A DNA stretch of 63,004 nt, counting the filler, from Dugesia japonica (taxonomy: Eukaryota): NCBI GenBank assembly GCA_001938525.1. It is 5 parts of 5 records of this genome, joined end to end, with 100 filler letters (N's around TTAATTAATTAA, not from the genome) between each part and the next. Parts side by side here need not be neighbours in the genome. Positions count along the whole stretch, not along the records: positions 38,293 to 50,492 come from MQRL01612867.1; positions 50,593 to 63,004 come from MQRL01579831.1; 3 more parts are not named here. One strand, written 5' to 3'. Below the pieces are notes generated by a model. The model saw nothing but the letters and a program-made list of their open reading frames with translations, did no database searches and was not told where the DNA came from. Made by a program: the position numbers and the translations under genes. Below, one piece after another: positions 38,293 through 50,678 of the stretch (positions are counted from its first letter, which is position 1; every line of letters begins with the position of its first letter).

Positions 38293-41200
38293 GATTTTAA
38301 AAATAAGATCACCAATCACACAAAATTTTCAACCCGCTTTTCAAAACATACCCACATCCCCCATTGAAAAATTTTCTCTATGTTTCTTTCGAAACTTTTT
38401 CCGTTTGTATCTTCCAGAATGTGACGTCTGTTATGAACTTTCCTCTTGATCTGATCTGGTCCTTCATAACGATCTTGGTTCTTGTTTCAGCTTTCACTAA
38501 GACCTCATCACCGACCTCGAATTGTCTTTTGGTTAATATTTCTTCCTCTTGTTCTTTGCGCACTCTTTGAGTATTTGTTTCATACCATTTTTCTCTGCTT
38601 ATTCTCATCCCAAATACGATTTCAGCCGGGTTTTTCCCGATAGTTTTCTGTTTTGTAGCGTTTAAGGTAAATTCTATCTCTGGCAACACATCAGCACAAT
38701 CTGAGGTTTTACTTTCTTTCAGTGTTGCATTTATCATATCCCGCATAGTTCTGAACTGTCTATCGATTTGTCTATTTGGGTTATGATGATTTGGACTCGA
38801 AAACGAGAGTAATTCCATGTTCAGTTGCAAATCTTTCATTGATTTAGACTCAAATGCTCTTCCACAATCAACTCAAATTTCTCTCGGACACCCGAATTTT
38901 AATATCCACTTCTCCAATATTGCTTTATGTATGGTATCTTCATCTTGTTTTGTTATTGCTATCAATGCTACATACTTACTGCATTAGTCTATTATACCGT
39001 GAACATGTATTCTTTTTTACCTCTTGTCTCCGGCAAGGGTCCACACACATCTATAAATAACAGTTCAAACATTTTGGCTGGCTTCGTCGTTTTTGTTTCT
39101 TCCTTCGTTTTTGCTGTCAACACTTTAGCTTTCTGGCATGTTATACAGTTTCGAACAACCTCTTGTACTTTGCTCCACAAATGTTTCGTTTTATATTTAT
39201 GCTTCATATACGCTGCTACTGTTCTACTCTAGCATGACACAAAAGATGGTGTATCCTCATTATAACTTCTTCTACTTTATCACCAGGTATCCATGTTGCT
39301 TCATCATTCTCACAAAAATTGCATTGTTGTTCTTGAATATCTACTGTATTTAACATCCTTGTTTTTAATTTTCCACTTTTGGGATCCTCATGTGACATTA
39401 TATATTGGGTACATGTATCGCATTCACTCCAGGATAAGATATCTGCATTTGTATGAAGCCATCCTTTTCAATATTCCAAATTTATATCTAAACTGTCTTT
39501 ATGGTCTGTTCTGCGGATAAATCTCTTTCCATATAAGTAATGCTTGAAATGAATACAAAAATAGTTAATTATGAGTAATTCTTCCAATGTAGTACAATAT
39601 CCTTTCTCATGATTCGTGATTGCGGGTGACCCATATGCAATTACTCTTTCTTATCCATTGTAATCCTTTTGAGATAGTACTACCCCAATCGTATCAAAAC
39701 TCGCACCCGTGTCCAAAATAAATCCTCTATTTATATCTGGAAAACAAAATATTGGAGAAATCATTAGTGCTTCTTTCATTCAATTAAAACTTCTTCTAAT
39801 TCATTCGCTTATTCAATTTTCTTGTTATTTCTCCCAGTATACAGTTGTTCCAGAAATCTAGTTTTTTTCGAATAATCTTTAATACACTTTAGTAATTGCA
39901 AACTCCTAAAAAGCTTCTCATTTTCTTAACGCAGTTTAGATTACCAAAGTTCATAGTGGCTTCTATTTTAGTTGGATCTGTTTTGACACTTCTTTACTGA
40001 TAACGTGTCCCAAAAATTTGATCTCCTTTCACATGAATTGACATTTCTCCGGATTAACGCTTAAACCAGCATTCTTAATTTCTGTTAATACTTTATTGAT
40101 TATTTCATAGTGTTGCTTTTTGTTTCTGTAAATATGAGTATATCATCTAGATAAACCATTGCTCCTTTTATTATCCCGATTACTTTATTCATCATTTCCT
40201 GGAACTTACCTGGTGCTGCTGCAATTCCAAATGGCATTTTATTGAAACAAAATTGCCCTTGTTTGGTAAAAAAGCAGCCTTTTCTTGAGAACCTTCACTG
40301 AGTTTCACTTGTTAGTATGCATTTCCGAAGTCTATTGAGCAAAAATACTGCGTACCTTCCAAAGAATCTAGCATTTCGTCAATATTTAGCATAGGAAAAG
40401 CTTGTATTTCCGTTATTGCATTGCGCTGTCTAAAGTCTAAGCATAATCGTATATCCTTTTTCTCCTTTTTCCAAACGCATATTAGTAGCTTATTCTATTG
40501 TGAATTATACTTCCAAATGATACCATTATCATATAGATTCTTGATGGTCTCTTCAATTTTCTCTTCTAGATACATTAGTTGGCGATACGGTTTTATGTTG
40601 ATTGGATTTTCTTTAGTGATTATTCGATGCTTCGTTAAGTGTGTACATCCAATGTCACATTTATCCGACATAAATACATCCTAATTATTCTGACAAATCG
40701 CAGTAAATCTATGATCTTTGTTAATTTCTAGAAACTCAATTGCATGCCTCAATCGTTCCAAAATTTTCTCGATGTTGCAAACCAATTTTTTTAGATGATT
40801 ATTGATGTCTACCTTATAGTTATTTTGAAGATGATACCCAAAGGTATTCTGAAATTCCACTCCAACAATTATATCTGGTATTAATTTCTCTACTATTATA
40901 AATGTTACTTCTTTGCACATCTCTGAAACTACAACTTCGTAACGTATTTTTCCAATTGTCTCCAATGAGCTGTTATTCGCGCAATGCAATCGTTCCTCGC
41001 CTTTCTCTAACATTGTTTCTCCGAGTCTATTAAATTCTGTCATGCTCATTACATTTATTCTCGCTCCTGTATCTAAGAAACAATCAAACTATTCACCATT
41101 GATCATCACTGAAATGGTAGGTCTCCCTTGCATTTTATCATACGATATTTCTACATTCTGTTTTTATTCAATTATTCCTATCACTTCTGCTTTGTTAACT

Positions 41201-42460
41201 TCCGCATCATTGAAACTTTCTCCTTTTAAGAATCTGCAAAGCTTTTCTCTTATTTTACTCGTCTCATCCAATTTTTCGGCCTCTTGAGGATATTCAAGCA
41301 GTATCTCATTTAATCAATAGCTACGACCAACTCCTCTACTGACGGAGTCCTGCCTTAAGGGTATTCTCTTATTGGATCTTCATTTTTTNNNNNNNNNNNN
41401 NNNNNNNNNNNNNNNNNNNNNNNNNNNNNNNNNNNNNNNNNNNNNNNNNNNNNNNNNNNNNNNNTATAATCTTTTGTTTGTTGTCCACTTTTAGAATTGT
41501 ATCTTCTCTCTTCTAGTCTAGGTTTATTAATGTTCGAATAACATTCTTCTACTTTGTGACCCGGTCTTTTAAATCTAAAACATATAATTTCTGTGCACCC
41601 AAAACATTTTGGTGGTTTCTTGTCTTGACAATTTCTACTTAAATGCCCTTTCTTGTGACACGTCCAACATTCTACATGAGAATTTTTTGGACAGTCTCTT
41701 TTTGTATGCCCATAACTTTGGCATATCCAGCACTGTGGTTCTGTTCATTTTGTAATTCTCTCGATATTTTTTCTCTTTTCTTCGAAACGTTCTCCACGTG
41801 TTACACCCGCGTAACTCTTTAATACGTTAATAGACTCTCTTTTTTCTATTTTTTCAAGTAATAATAGTGTTTCTTTTATATCTTCTAATTTCTCTGATTT
41901 TTGCATGATAATCTCTTCTTCTGCTTTTTTAATATCTGAAAATATTATTAGCATTTTTGATAAGAATTTTTCTTTCGCCAGCTCTCCATTTGCTAAAGAT
42001 TTATCGATCAAATCTTCATCCTTTTAAAAATCGTCTCAAGTTCTTCATTAACACGTCGAAAGCTTACAAGATTCTGTAAATCTTTTATTTTGTCTCTCTT
42101 GCTCTAAAAAGCTAATCGCAATCTCTCTCGATGGCCATCCGCTTTCTTCAATGTCTTCACATTTGGTTCCATTAAATCTTCATGTATCATACATGTTACC
42201 CAACGTTCCTGATCTTTCTTAACAACGATGTTCTTTGACTCAAAGTATATTTCTTATCGTTTAATAAACTTTTCTAGATCATCACCTCTGCAAAATATTT
42301 TTGGCAACAAACTATCTGTAATCGCATCGGTGTTTACCGATACCATCATGTTAGATAAGTTTTAAAAACTCGGATTATCAACATCAAAATTCAACTCCAA
42401 AAAATTTATTTCAAATAAAAACTATATCCAACACTATTTGTTTATTTAAACAAATCGAAC
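38293..42460 (-). mobile_element. Near full-length internal region of a Ty3/Gypsy LTR retrotransposon (gag-PR-RT-RH-IN), decayed; PPT and start of 3' LTR at ~38356
   Basis: gag ATG at 42349 with several CCHC knuckles; CFLDTGARINVM; DIRLCLDF; VYLDDIL; ILDTGASFDTIGVVLSQ (RNase H); HHLLCHA / CITCQK; FIDVCGP; DRQFRT. Ends with PPT-like AATGGGGGA followed by TG. Confidence 0.93.
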
Positions 42461-43369
42461 TCATTTTTCAAATTATTTAAAATTCATTTTAAGTTATTTT
42501 AAAAAAATTTAACTAAATTTTCGTTTATATCAAAATCCTAATTTATAAATAATTGTCATTGTTAGGTTAATTCATGAATTTCAAATATCTGAGATTTTTT
42601 AAATTTTTATATATAATATAAAATTGGTTTTTTGAAACTTTTAAAATATTAAAAGATATTATTATTGTTAGTCATACATAACTCTGGAATAGAAATGTTT
42701 TCTTTGATTAAAAATATTTATGTTTATTACATAAATTTATTTATTAATATTATTCCTTGATAAATGCCTTCATTTTTATTTAAACCTTTTCAAGTAAGTA
42801 TGCTAATTTTTGATTTTTTATCGTTAATTTAAATATTTAGAAAATTATGAAGTCAATGAAGATTATGATGATGAAGAGAAAATGGATTCAATACACAACA
42901 TTTAACACAATCATAAAGAAAATCTAGAAAAATATGCCCAGTGGTTTGATTTTTAGATTTTTTGAATTTAATACTCAATTAATTAATTTATAACGATATT
43001 TTAATTAATTTACTAACACATCACCTATTTTAAATGTTTTTTTAATTAAGTAATTTAAGATTTTTTGATTATTATTATTATTAATTGAATTATTATTCTT
43101 TAGATTATTATTGATGACTTGTTATTATGGGTATTATTATTATTGACAAAATTAATTTTCTTTTGATTTATTATTAAAAGAATTATTAATTATACATCAA
43201 TTTTTTAAATTAAATTAATTTTACATAACCATTTTTTAATTTCTATAATTTTCTTAAATAGTCAAACATTTTAAATTTTCTAGAATTTAATTATTTAAAA
43301 TTTTACTTATTATTATTATTCTTTTTTTTAATTAATATTAGTTCTTAAATTTTCCTTTCCTTTGATTTT

Positions 43370-46300
43370 AAATATTATTTGAATTATCATGAATATTATT
43401 ATTATTGTTGGGTTCATGGGTGATATGGCTCAAAAAGTATATCTCAAACAACCCGAAACTGGGATTTAAATACCCGTCCTGAGAGAATGTTGATGGCACC
43501 CCCGGTGACTCTTGACCGACGTCAAGAGTGCATGAGCGCACCATCTGCGTGTAGTTTGGGTTCATTTTTTGGTGTCGACGATAGAAGTCGTAAAGAAGGA
43601 AAGTAAATAGTCGTAATTATAATATTTTACATAACAATATACAGTAGTCAATGTCGTGCTGACAAAGTAATCAAGAATTCAGTTGTCAAACATATCATTT
43701 TCGGATATGTCTATGAAGATTTTCCGTGTTTTTCTTGGAGGAGAAACTGAGGAAGACATTGATGGTCGACTATGTATCCTATCACTCAATTGCTTATTTT
43801 CAGTACGGAGTCATTCTACTTCAACTTCCAGCTCCCATATCTTCATACCCTCGGGTTGTGTCCCTCCGAGTATACTCAATATTCTGGCGGCGGAGTTGGG
43901 TCATCTCGAACACCAACATCCCTATTTTTTCTTGAAGAGCTTGGCAGGCTCTTGACCAATTAGTTGTGGTGGCTAACTGTCTATCAAAGCTAACTGATAT
44001 TTGCACCTCTGCTCCAAAGGTTCGACTTGGTCTGAGCTGGAACAGATACTGGTTAGCAATATTTTTTGATGCATTCTTGTCCATGCCTAAAAGCATCAGA
44101 TTAAATCGTACTTAATCTGGATTTCATTATTTGTTAATGAATTATGACGATCGTGAGTCTTAACGAAGATTTTGGAAAAGTATTTTTTGCGTTGCTCTTA
44201 TAGTGCTGATAGTTAAGTTTTAGTGTAATGTGAGGAATAGAACTATAACTATGGTGAGGNNNNNNNNNNNNNNNNNNNNNNNNNNNNNNNNNNNNGAGCA
44301 TCCATGTTCGTCTTATGAGTATTATAGTATGGATGGTAAGATATACTGAATGAATTGTAATATGTTTATACTTATAGTTACCGTAATTTAATGTTGGCTT
44401 TATGTTACTGATAAGTTAATTAATTTATAAAAAAAATGGCAATAAGCTAAAAACATATAGGATATTATGATAATGAATGAATAATAATAATTTATATTTA
44501 AACCTTTAACGGTAGTACTATAATAACAGTAGTGGTTATAGATGAATGACAATTTATCTGATTTTAATAATGCTAAATATAATTATAGGTTTAAAAGACA
44601 ATAGATCTAATGGTAATTATAGGGAAGATATTGATGACATGAGTAAGGGATAAATCTCGTAATAATAACTATATTAAGATCAATCACTAAACTGGGAGTA
44701 AGGCTAATATCAATAAAATAAATGTAAGTTGAACTATAGTAATAATTCCTATCGCTAAGTAATAATATTAATGGTGGCGACAAATACTAACAACATTAAT
44801 AATTTAATAGGTCGTAATCAAATTCTATATCCTAAAGTTTTCATTTTGAAATTGAAATTTTTATTAAGTTTATCATTAATAAAAAAAACAAAATCATTTA
44901 ACTAAATTTTAATGTTATAATTTATACAAATAATAACAGAATAATAATAAATAAAAATATTTCTTACTGCTAAAATAAATAAACGAGTACTAGGGGAGCA
45001 CAGGAATTCGATGAATCGTCGATAGATAAATTGAATAAAAAGGATCTTGATTTGGAGCTTCTTGGAGAATCTTCTGTGAGAATGGTACGAGATTGCTGAG
45101 ATAGTTGCTGAAGATTTGATCGAACTGTTACGTATTGCAACGATCTATCGTAAATCGAAAACTTGGAAAATTTGAATTAATTTGACACTCTGGAGAGTGA
45201 GTATTTATATTAATTCTCGTTGGTAATTGTCAGGAAAAACTGTTGATTTGACAATCGCTTCTTGTTTGGATTTGAGATTCTTCTCGGGTAAGTGTGTAGA
45301 TTTCTTAATTTGTTTACTGATTTCTTCTAGACAATTGAATCCGCAATTTGATGGACTTGATCTGGTGAATTCCAATTGTCAAAAGATTGTCAAATTTGGG
45401 AATTTGGTAAGATGATGAAAATAATTTCTTTAAATTTTAGTATTGTAATTTCCAGAAATTCTAAAAGTTAATTAACGCTGCAATGGGCTGAATTGGATTG
45501 GAATTTCTGGTAAGTAATTTTTTCTGAATTTTGGTTGATTTTCACTTAAATTTTTTTATCGCGATCTGAGTTTGATGTGCAATATCAAGTTGAATGACAC
45601 GATTTATTAGGGTAAGTTTTGTCTATTTTTGAGCCCTTTTTATAGTAATTTTATTTCAGATTTCCTTTCCGATTGGCTACTTTTATTTCGATTTTGGAAT
45701 TATTTCAAGAAAATTGATTTTGCATTTCTCAGAAAATCGATCATTTCACAGGTAGATTATTTGTTTATTTTATTGTTTATTTTCTCCTGGATATTTTTGG
45801 GATATTATCGGATATATCTTGCAAATTGGTAAGATATTTTCATTATTATGGNNNNNNNNNNNNNNNNNNNNNNNNNNNNNNNNNNNNNNNNNNNNNNNNN
45901 NNNNNNNNNNNNNNNNNNNNNNNNNNNNNNNNNNNNNNNNNNNNNNNNNNNNNNNNNNNNNNNNNNNNNNNNNNNNNNNNNNNNNNNNNNNNNNNNNNNN
46001 NNNNNNNNNNNNNNNNNNNNNNNNNNNNNNNNNNTTATTATTATTATTATTTGAAATAATATGAATATTATTATTATTATTTTAATTATTATTACTTAAT
46101 TATTGCTTTTATCTGTTATTTTAATTAAATTTAATACATTGCATTTGATAATAGTGAGTTGACGTTCCATATCATTTTTGCGGATTCGAGTCTAGTCAAT
46201 TATTGACGATGATGACTAACGGTTTTTATTTCATAAAGATAGTTGTAGTATTGTACATTCATGACCGGATGTGAACGGTTGGAATCATTGCTACCGGAGA

Positions 46301-46470
46301 TGCACATACTGCAATCGAGCGTAGCCTAGTTAAAACTACGCAAGCTGATCGACAAGTTCATATATGAACGTACTCAATTGGAAACTAAACGTCTTGAGCG
46401 TTAACAATTTGAGATTGGATGTGAACAGTTGGAATAATAGCTCGACTGTACTACCCGGATCAGATAATGT
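43370..46470 (-). mobile_element. Unassigned repeat-like region with decayed ORFs and an LTR-like TATA promoter (~45200), possibly part of a large LTR element
   Basis: Locally higher GC; coiled-coil-like frame KIWELEVEVE*LRTENKQLSDRIHSRPS; minus-strand atataaatactcactctcc. Confidence 0.3.
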
Positions 46471-46884
46471 AATGATATGGAAAGAAAAGAAACTATTATT
46501 AAAATTCAATGTATGAGAATAATTTATCATTTATAACTAAATTTATAATTTATTTATTTTCTTATAAACAATAAATCTTAAAAATCTATAGGAAGTGACT
46601 AATGTTTACATTTAAATTTGACTATTTCCAATGAAATTTCTAGCAAATAAACCGTAATTGACTGAAAATTGATCCGATTTGATCTGATTGAGTAAATTAT
46701 TCAACTAAAATCATTTAAATTTGTCTGAATATACTAAAAATAAGCAATAATTGTCCTAATTAGTTATAATGAACTTCATTTATAACACATTATTCTAAAT
46801 GATATAATAATCACTCTATATTAGGTTGGTAAATTACAAATAAATTGCCTCTAGACCAAATAAGTAAAAAAAATTATTCATAAA

Positions 46885-47077
46885 CAGTAACTACTCTCTT
46901 CTACGCAAACTCTCTTATCCGCCAAACTCCAATAAACGCCATTTTAAATAAAGAAATAAATTTTTTACTGGATTTTTTAATAAATTGTATAATTTGTTAC
47001 TCTAAAAGCCGTCATTTTCTAGAAACTGCTGCCTTTTTTCACAGTCCCGTTTTTGGAGGATAAGAGAGTAGTTACTG
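46885..47077. mobile_element. MITE (Tc1/pogo-like), 193 bp
   Basis: Perfect 16-bp TIRs CAGTAACTACTCTCTT ... AAGAGAGTAGTTACTG, followed by TA on the right. Confidence 0.8.
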
Positions 47078-47084
47078 TACATTT

Positions 47085-47405
47085 TAAACATTTTACTATA
47101 AGATTTATTGAATCATTATGTTCTACATTATTTTCATTAAAAGCATTTCCAGAAACATATGGTTTTAAAGGATCAAAAACGAATTTACTCATTTATTTAA
47201 CACAGTGAATAATCAAAGCTATATTGGTTCTTATCAACCTTTATCTTTTTTTGGATATGATACGAGTAATACTTTGAAGGAAAACGACTCAGGTGAATTA
47301 ACAATGAATCAAAACATAAAAGCATGGCATGACGAAAGAGTAAATAATAATGAAATATTTAATTTTCAAAATGAATTCTTTTTTTTACTGTTTAACAGAT
47401 GTTTA
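47085..47405 (+). pseudogene. Polinton pPolB exonuclease fragment of a second polymerase lineage
   Basis: IRFIESL..LKAFPETYG../HLFNTVNNQSYIG..KAWHD..IFNFQNEF../YCLTDV; matches the IRFIDS..FPKTFG..FPHLFN..YCxSDV pattern. Confidence 0.8.
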
Positions 47406-47912
47406 ATATATAAATATGTATTTTTGAACATAAATATGCCTAATTGTAATTTATTATAATTAGACCAATTTCTATATATAACCGGCTTAAACCATCATCG
47501 TTTGAAAACCAAAAACCGCCAAAATTCTTTATTTATCAACTTGTAAAATGACAAAAAACCCCACGAGGTAAATGATCATTTCGTATACTTAACACCAGTA
47601 AATGTTCATTGTCAAATCAAAGGCTCAAAATGATGGGTGCAAAGTTTATCGTTTTCAAACTATGGTGATGCAAGCTGAGGCCACCTTGTGTAAAATTTAA
47701 ATATGCAAATATATTTTTTAAAAACTGAAATTAAAACGATTTAAATTCTTAAATTTTAAATAATTTAAATAATTAAATTAGTACAATTAAATATTGTAAA
47801 ATATAATTTCTAATAAAATGAAGTTATCATTACATTTTAAAAAAATATGGATATTTATAATTACAATTATTGTGAGGATAATTGTTGAACTTAACCATTG
47901 ATCGCATTTGAG

Positions 47913-48066
47913 ATTTCATTAAAATAAGAAAAGGCTTCGATCAAAATAAAATATATTTGTAAAAGGTTCAAATTTTCGACAATAATCTTCATCTATTGTC
48001 AAAAATTTGAACATTTTAATAAATAAATTTTATTTTGATCGAAGCCTTTTCTTATTTTAATGAAAT
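47913..48066. repeat. 154-bp near-perfect palindrome (~72-bp arms)
   Basis: atttcattaaaataagaaaaggcttcgatcaaaataaaat...attttattttgatcgaagccttttcttattttaatgaaat. Confidence 0.9.
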
Positions 48067-48471
48067 GGATATTTAATTTATATAAATAAATATTGAATCT
48101 TTTTCGCAAATAAAAAAGAATTCTACTTTCAATTAAAATGTACAAAATTTAATTACTAATTTGATCAAATATGAATTTTAAATTGAACAATAACAACAAT
48201 TTAAATAAAAAAATAAATAAAAGGATTTAAAAAATCACAGAAAAATAGACTTTTATTTTGTTATCTGAAATGATTTAAAATTCATTAATTAACATTCAGT
48301 CAAGAGAAAATAAGCTTTTGTAATTATGATAAATGATAAGAGAATGGATTAAGTAAAATCAACATTTCTACCCAATATAAATATCATTAAATATTTATTT
48401 TTCTTAAAATTTGTTTTCTTTGATTTTTACACTTCTATTTTAATATTTATACATTTAAATTGCAACTATTG

Positions 48472-48472
<1 letters not shown>

Positions 48473-48539
<67 letters not shown>

Positions 48540-48622
48540 NNNNNNNNNNNNNNNNNNNNNNNNNNNNNNNNNNNNNNNNNNNNNNNNNNTTGTTGTTGTT
48601 GTTGTTGTTGTTGTTGGTGTTG
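48473..48622 (+). repeat. Compound (TTA)n-(GTT)n microsatellite with 50-N gap
   Basis: Direct sequence. Confidence 0.9.
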
Positions 48623-49399
48623 TAGGGACGAAACCCAACAAATTTATTTATATACGATCTTAACACAAGATTAAAATTAATCGGAAAATTTAACTGAAAA
48701 AAAATAAATAACAAAAATGTGAAAAATGAAATTGATAAAATAAATGGAACAATACTCCCTATTTATCTCCAAATTATCCTAATAAATCCACCAAGTAATA
48801 TATTTACAAAAAATAATTTCACCAACAAATAAATAAAGTTTTTAAAAAAATAGAACCTTTTCCCAGAAAATGCAAATGACTTGTAGGGAATAAACCAAAT
48901 ATTCAGCAATAACAACGAATGGAAAATAAATCTAAAAAATAAATTTGTATAAAAGCTTCGGAAAAAATAGAAAACAGCCTTAAAAATTCAAGCAGTCAAT
49001 TATTGTTGAAAATTACTGCACGTTTAAAGCAGTTAGAAATTTAAAAGAATTCAACAAGAAAATTTCTTACGAAAAATTCATAATCATAAAGTTAAAATAA
49101 AATATTTTCATCATCTGTACTAGTAGGAAGATAGTGACGTATTGTATCATTCCCCCTCACCAGCAAAGTGATAAAGAATTTCAGTGATGCAGTATCCTGC
49201 AATATGATTTGTAGAAAGCATGTTACTAAATATAAGTGATACAGTATCCTGTTATCTGATTGGTTAATACATATCAGTAGAAAAATATATTCTTTTAATT
49301 TTATTTCAGTTATTTATTTTTTTTAGTTTTTTTATTTTTAAAATTATTTTTTATGTTATGGGGAATAAATCTGATATTATTAATCTGATATAATTACCA

Positions 49400-50125
49400 T
49401 TAATTTGACAGCTCTTTCTGTATTTTGATCAGAGTTAAGTCTTCTGCTCCAAAATTTATTTCTTGTATAGATTTCTATAATAGTGCATTTTAAATAGGTT
49501 TTCTCTAAAGTTTTCACCATGTTACGATGACCATTTGCCGTATCCTGGCGGTATTTTTGGATTTATTTTATTTGTCATTGACTAAATCAATATGTAATCG
49601 TATCTACTTTTGTGTAAGATAATTAAGCCTTTTACTTTACCTATCCCATATCCATTTAGATACATTTTAAGTGACAAAAATAACCTTTTTAAACAGATAG
49701 AAAGAGGAGCTAGTATAATGTAATCTTTCTCAGAAGAAGGTCGTGTAAGAGCCAATTTAGAAAGAAAATCTGTGATTTCCCAGATATAAGCAAATACTAA
49801 ATAAATAGTATCTGCAATAGCAATAGATAAAGATTCGGTTACTTGATTCGGTATTTCTTTGAAATATTTTCTCAAATCATCGTGTGCTCTATGAAATTTA
49901 TAAGAATGGTAATAAATTACTGACTGTGGTTACTCAGGTTTTCCGGAAGTTGGTCCATCTTTTGTTCTATTCTTTATGTGTTCATTTAACTCAACATGTC
50001 TTGCTTCAAACGTGCATATGTATACATATTCTTTAAGTGCTTTGATACATATTTGTTTATGTATACTCACTTTTNCTAATTCCTCAAAGCACTGATTTGG
50101 CCATTTATACACGTTCTGAACATAC
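49400..50125 (-). pseudogene. Unidentified decayed long ORF
   Basis: ORFs 49930-50112 and 49582-49875 share one frame, joined through a single stop; about 230 codons with only a few stops. Confidence 0.4.
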
Positions 50126-50492
50126 TTGTTATAAGAAAATAAAAAAATTCAACTAAAGAAATAGAGTAAAATAATTGTTATTATACAATTAGTTCTGATT
50201 TGGAAAACAAATTATCATTGGAAGATTTACCTAACATTGTGGCAGCGGTAAATATCTATTCGATTACAGAGATTACAAAGGAATTGATATAAAAAATCCA
50301 TAAATCGTTGTAAATTCTATTTTTGTGCTAAAAGATTGCTGGCTCGATGACTATTTGCTGGAAGTATAAAACGTTGAAGGGTTTCAAGCTTGTTTACGTT
50401 TGTCACTTGAGAAAAAGAAAGATGTCAAATATTTAAAAGATTTTACCAATTACTGGCGTGGGATTTAAGAGATTGAAGTTTATTTTAAAAAT

Positions 50493-50592
50493 NNNNNNNN
50501 NNNNNNNNNNNNNNNNNNNNNNNNNNNNNNNNNNNNTTAATTAATTAANNNNNNNNNNNNNNNNNNNNNNNNNNNNNNNNNNNNNNNNNNNN
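50493..50592. other. Artificial contig spacer 44N-TTAATTAATTAA-44N
   Basis: Identical 100-bp spacer. Confidence 0.95.
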
Positions 50593-50678
50593 AAAACTAT
50601 GAATTTTATAGTTTTACCAAATAATGATTAAATAAACCAACTAACCAACAAATTTTTATTTGCATTATATAATAATTT

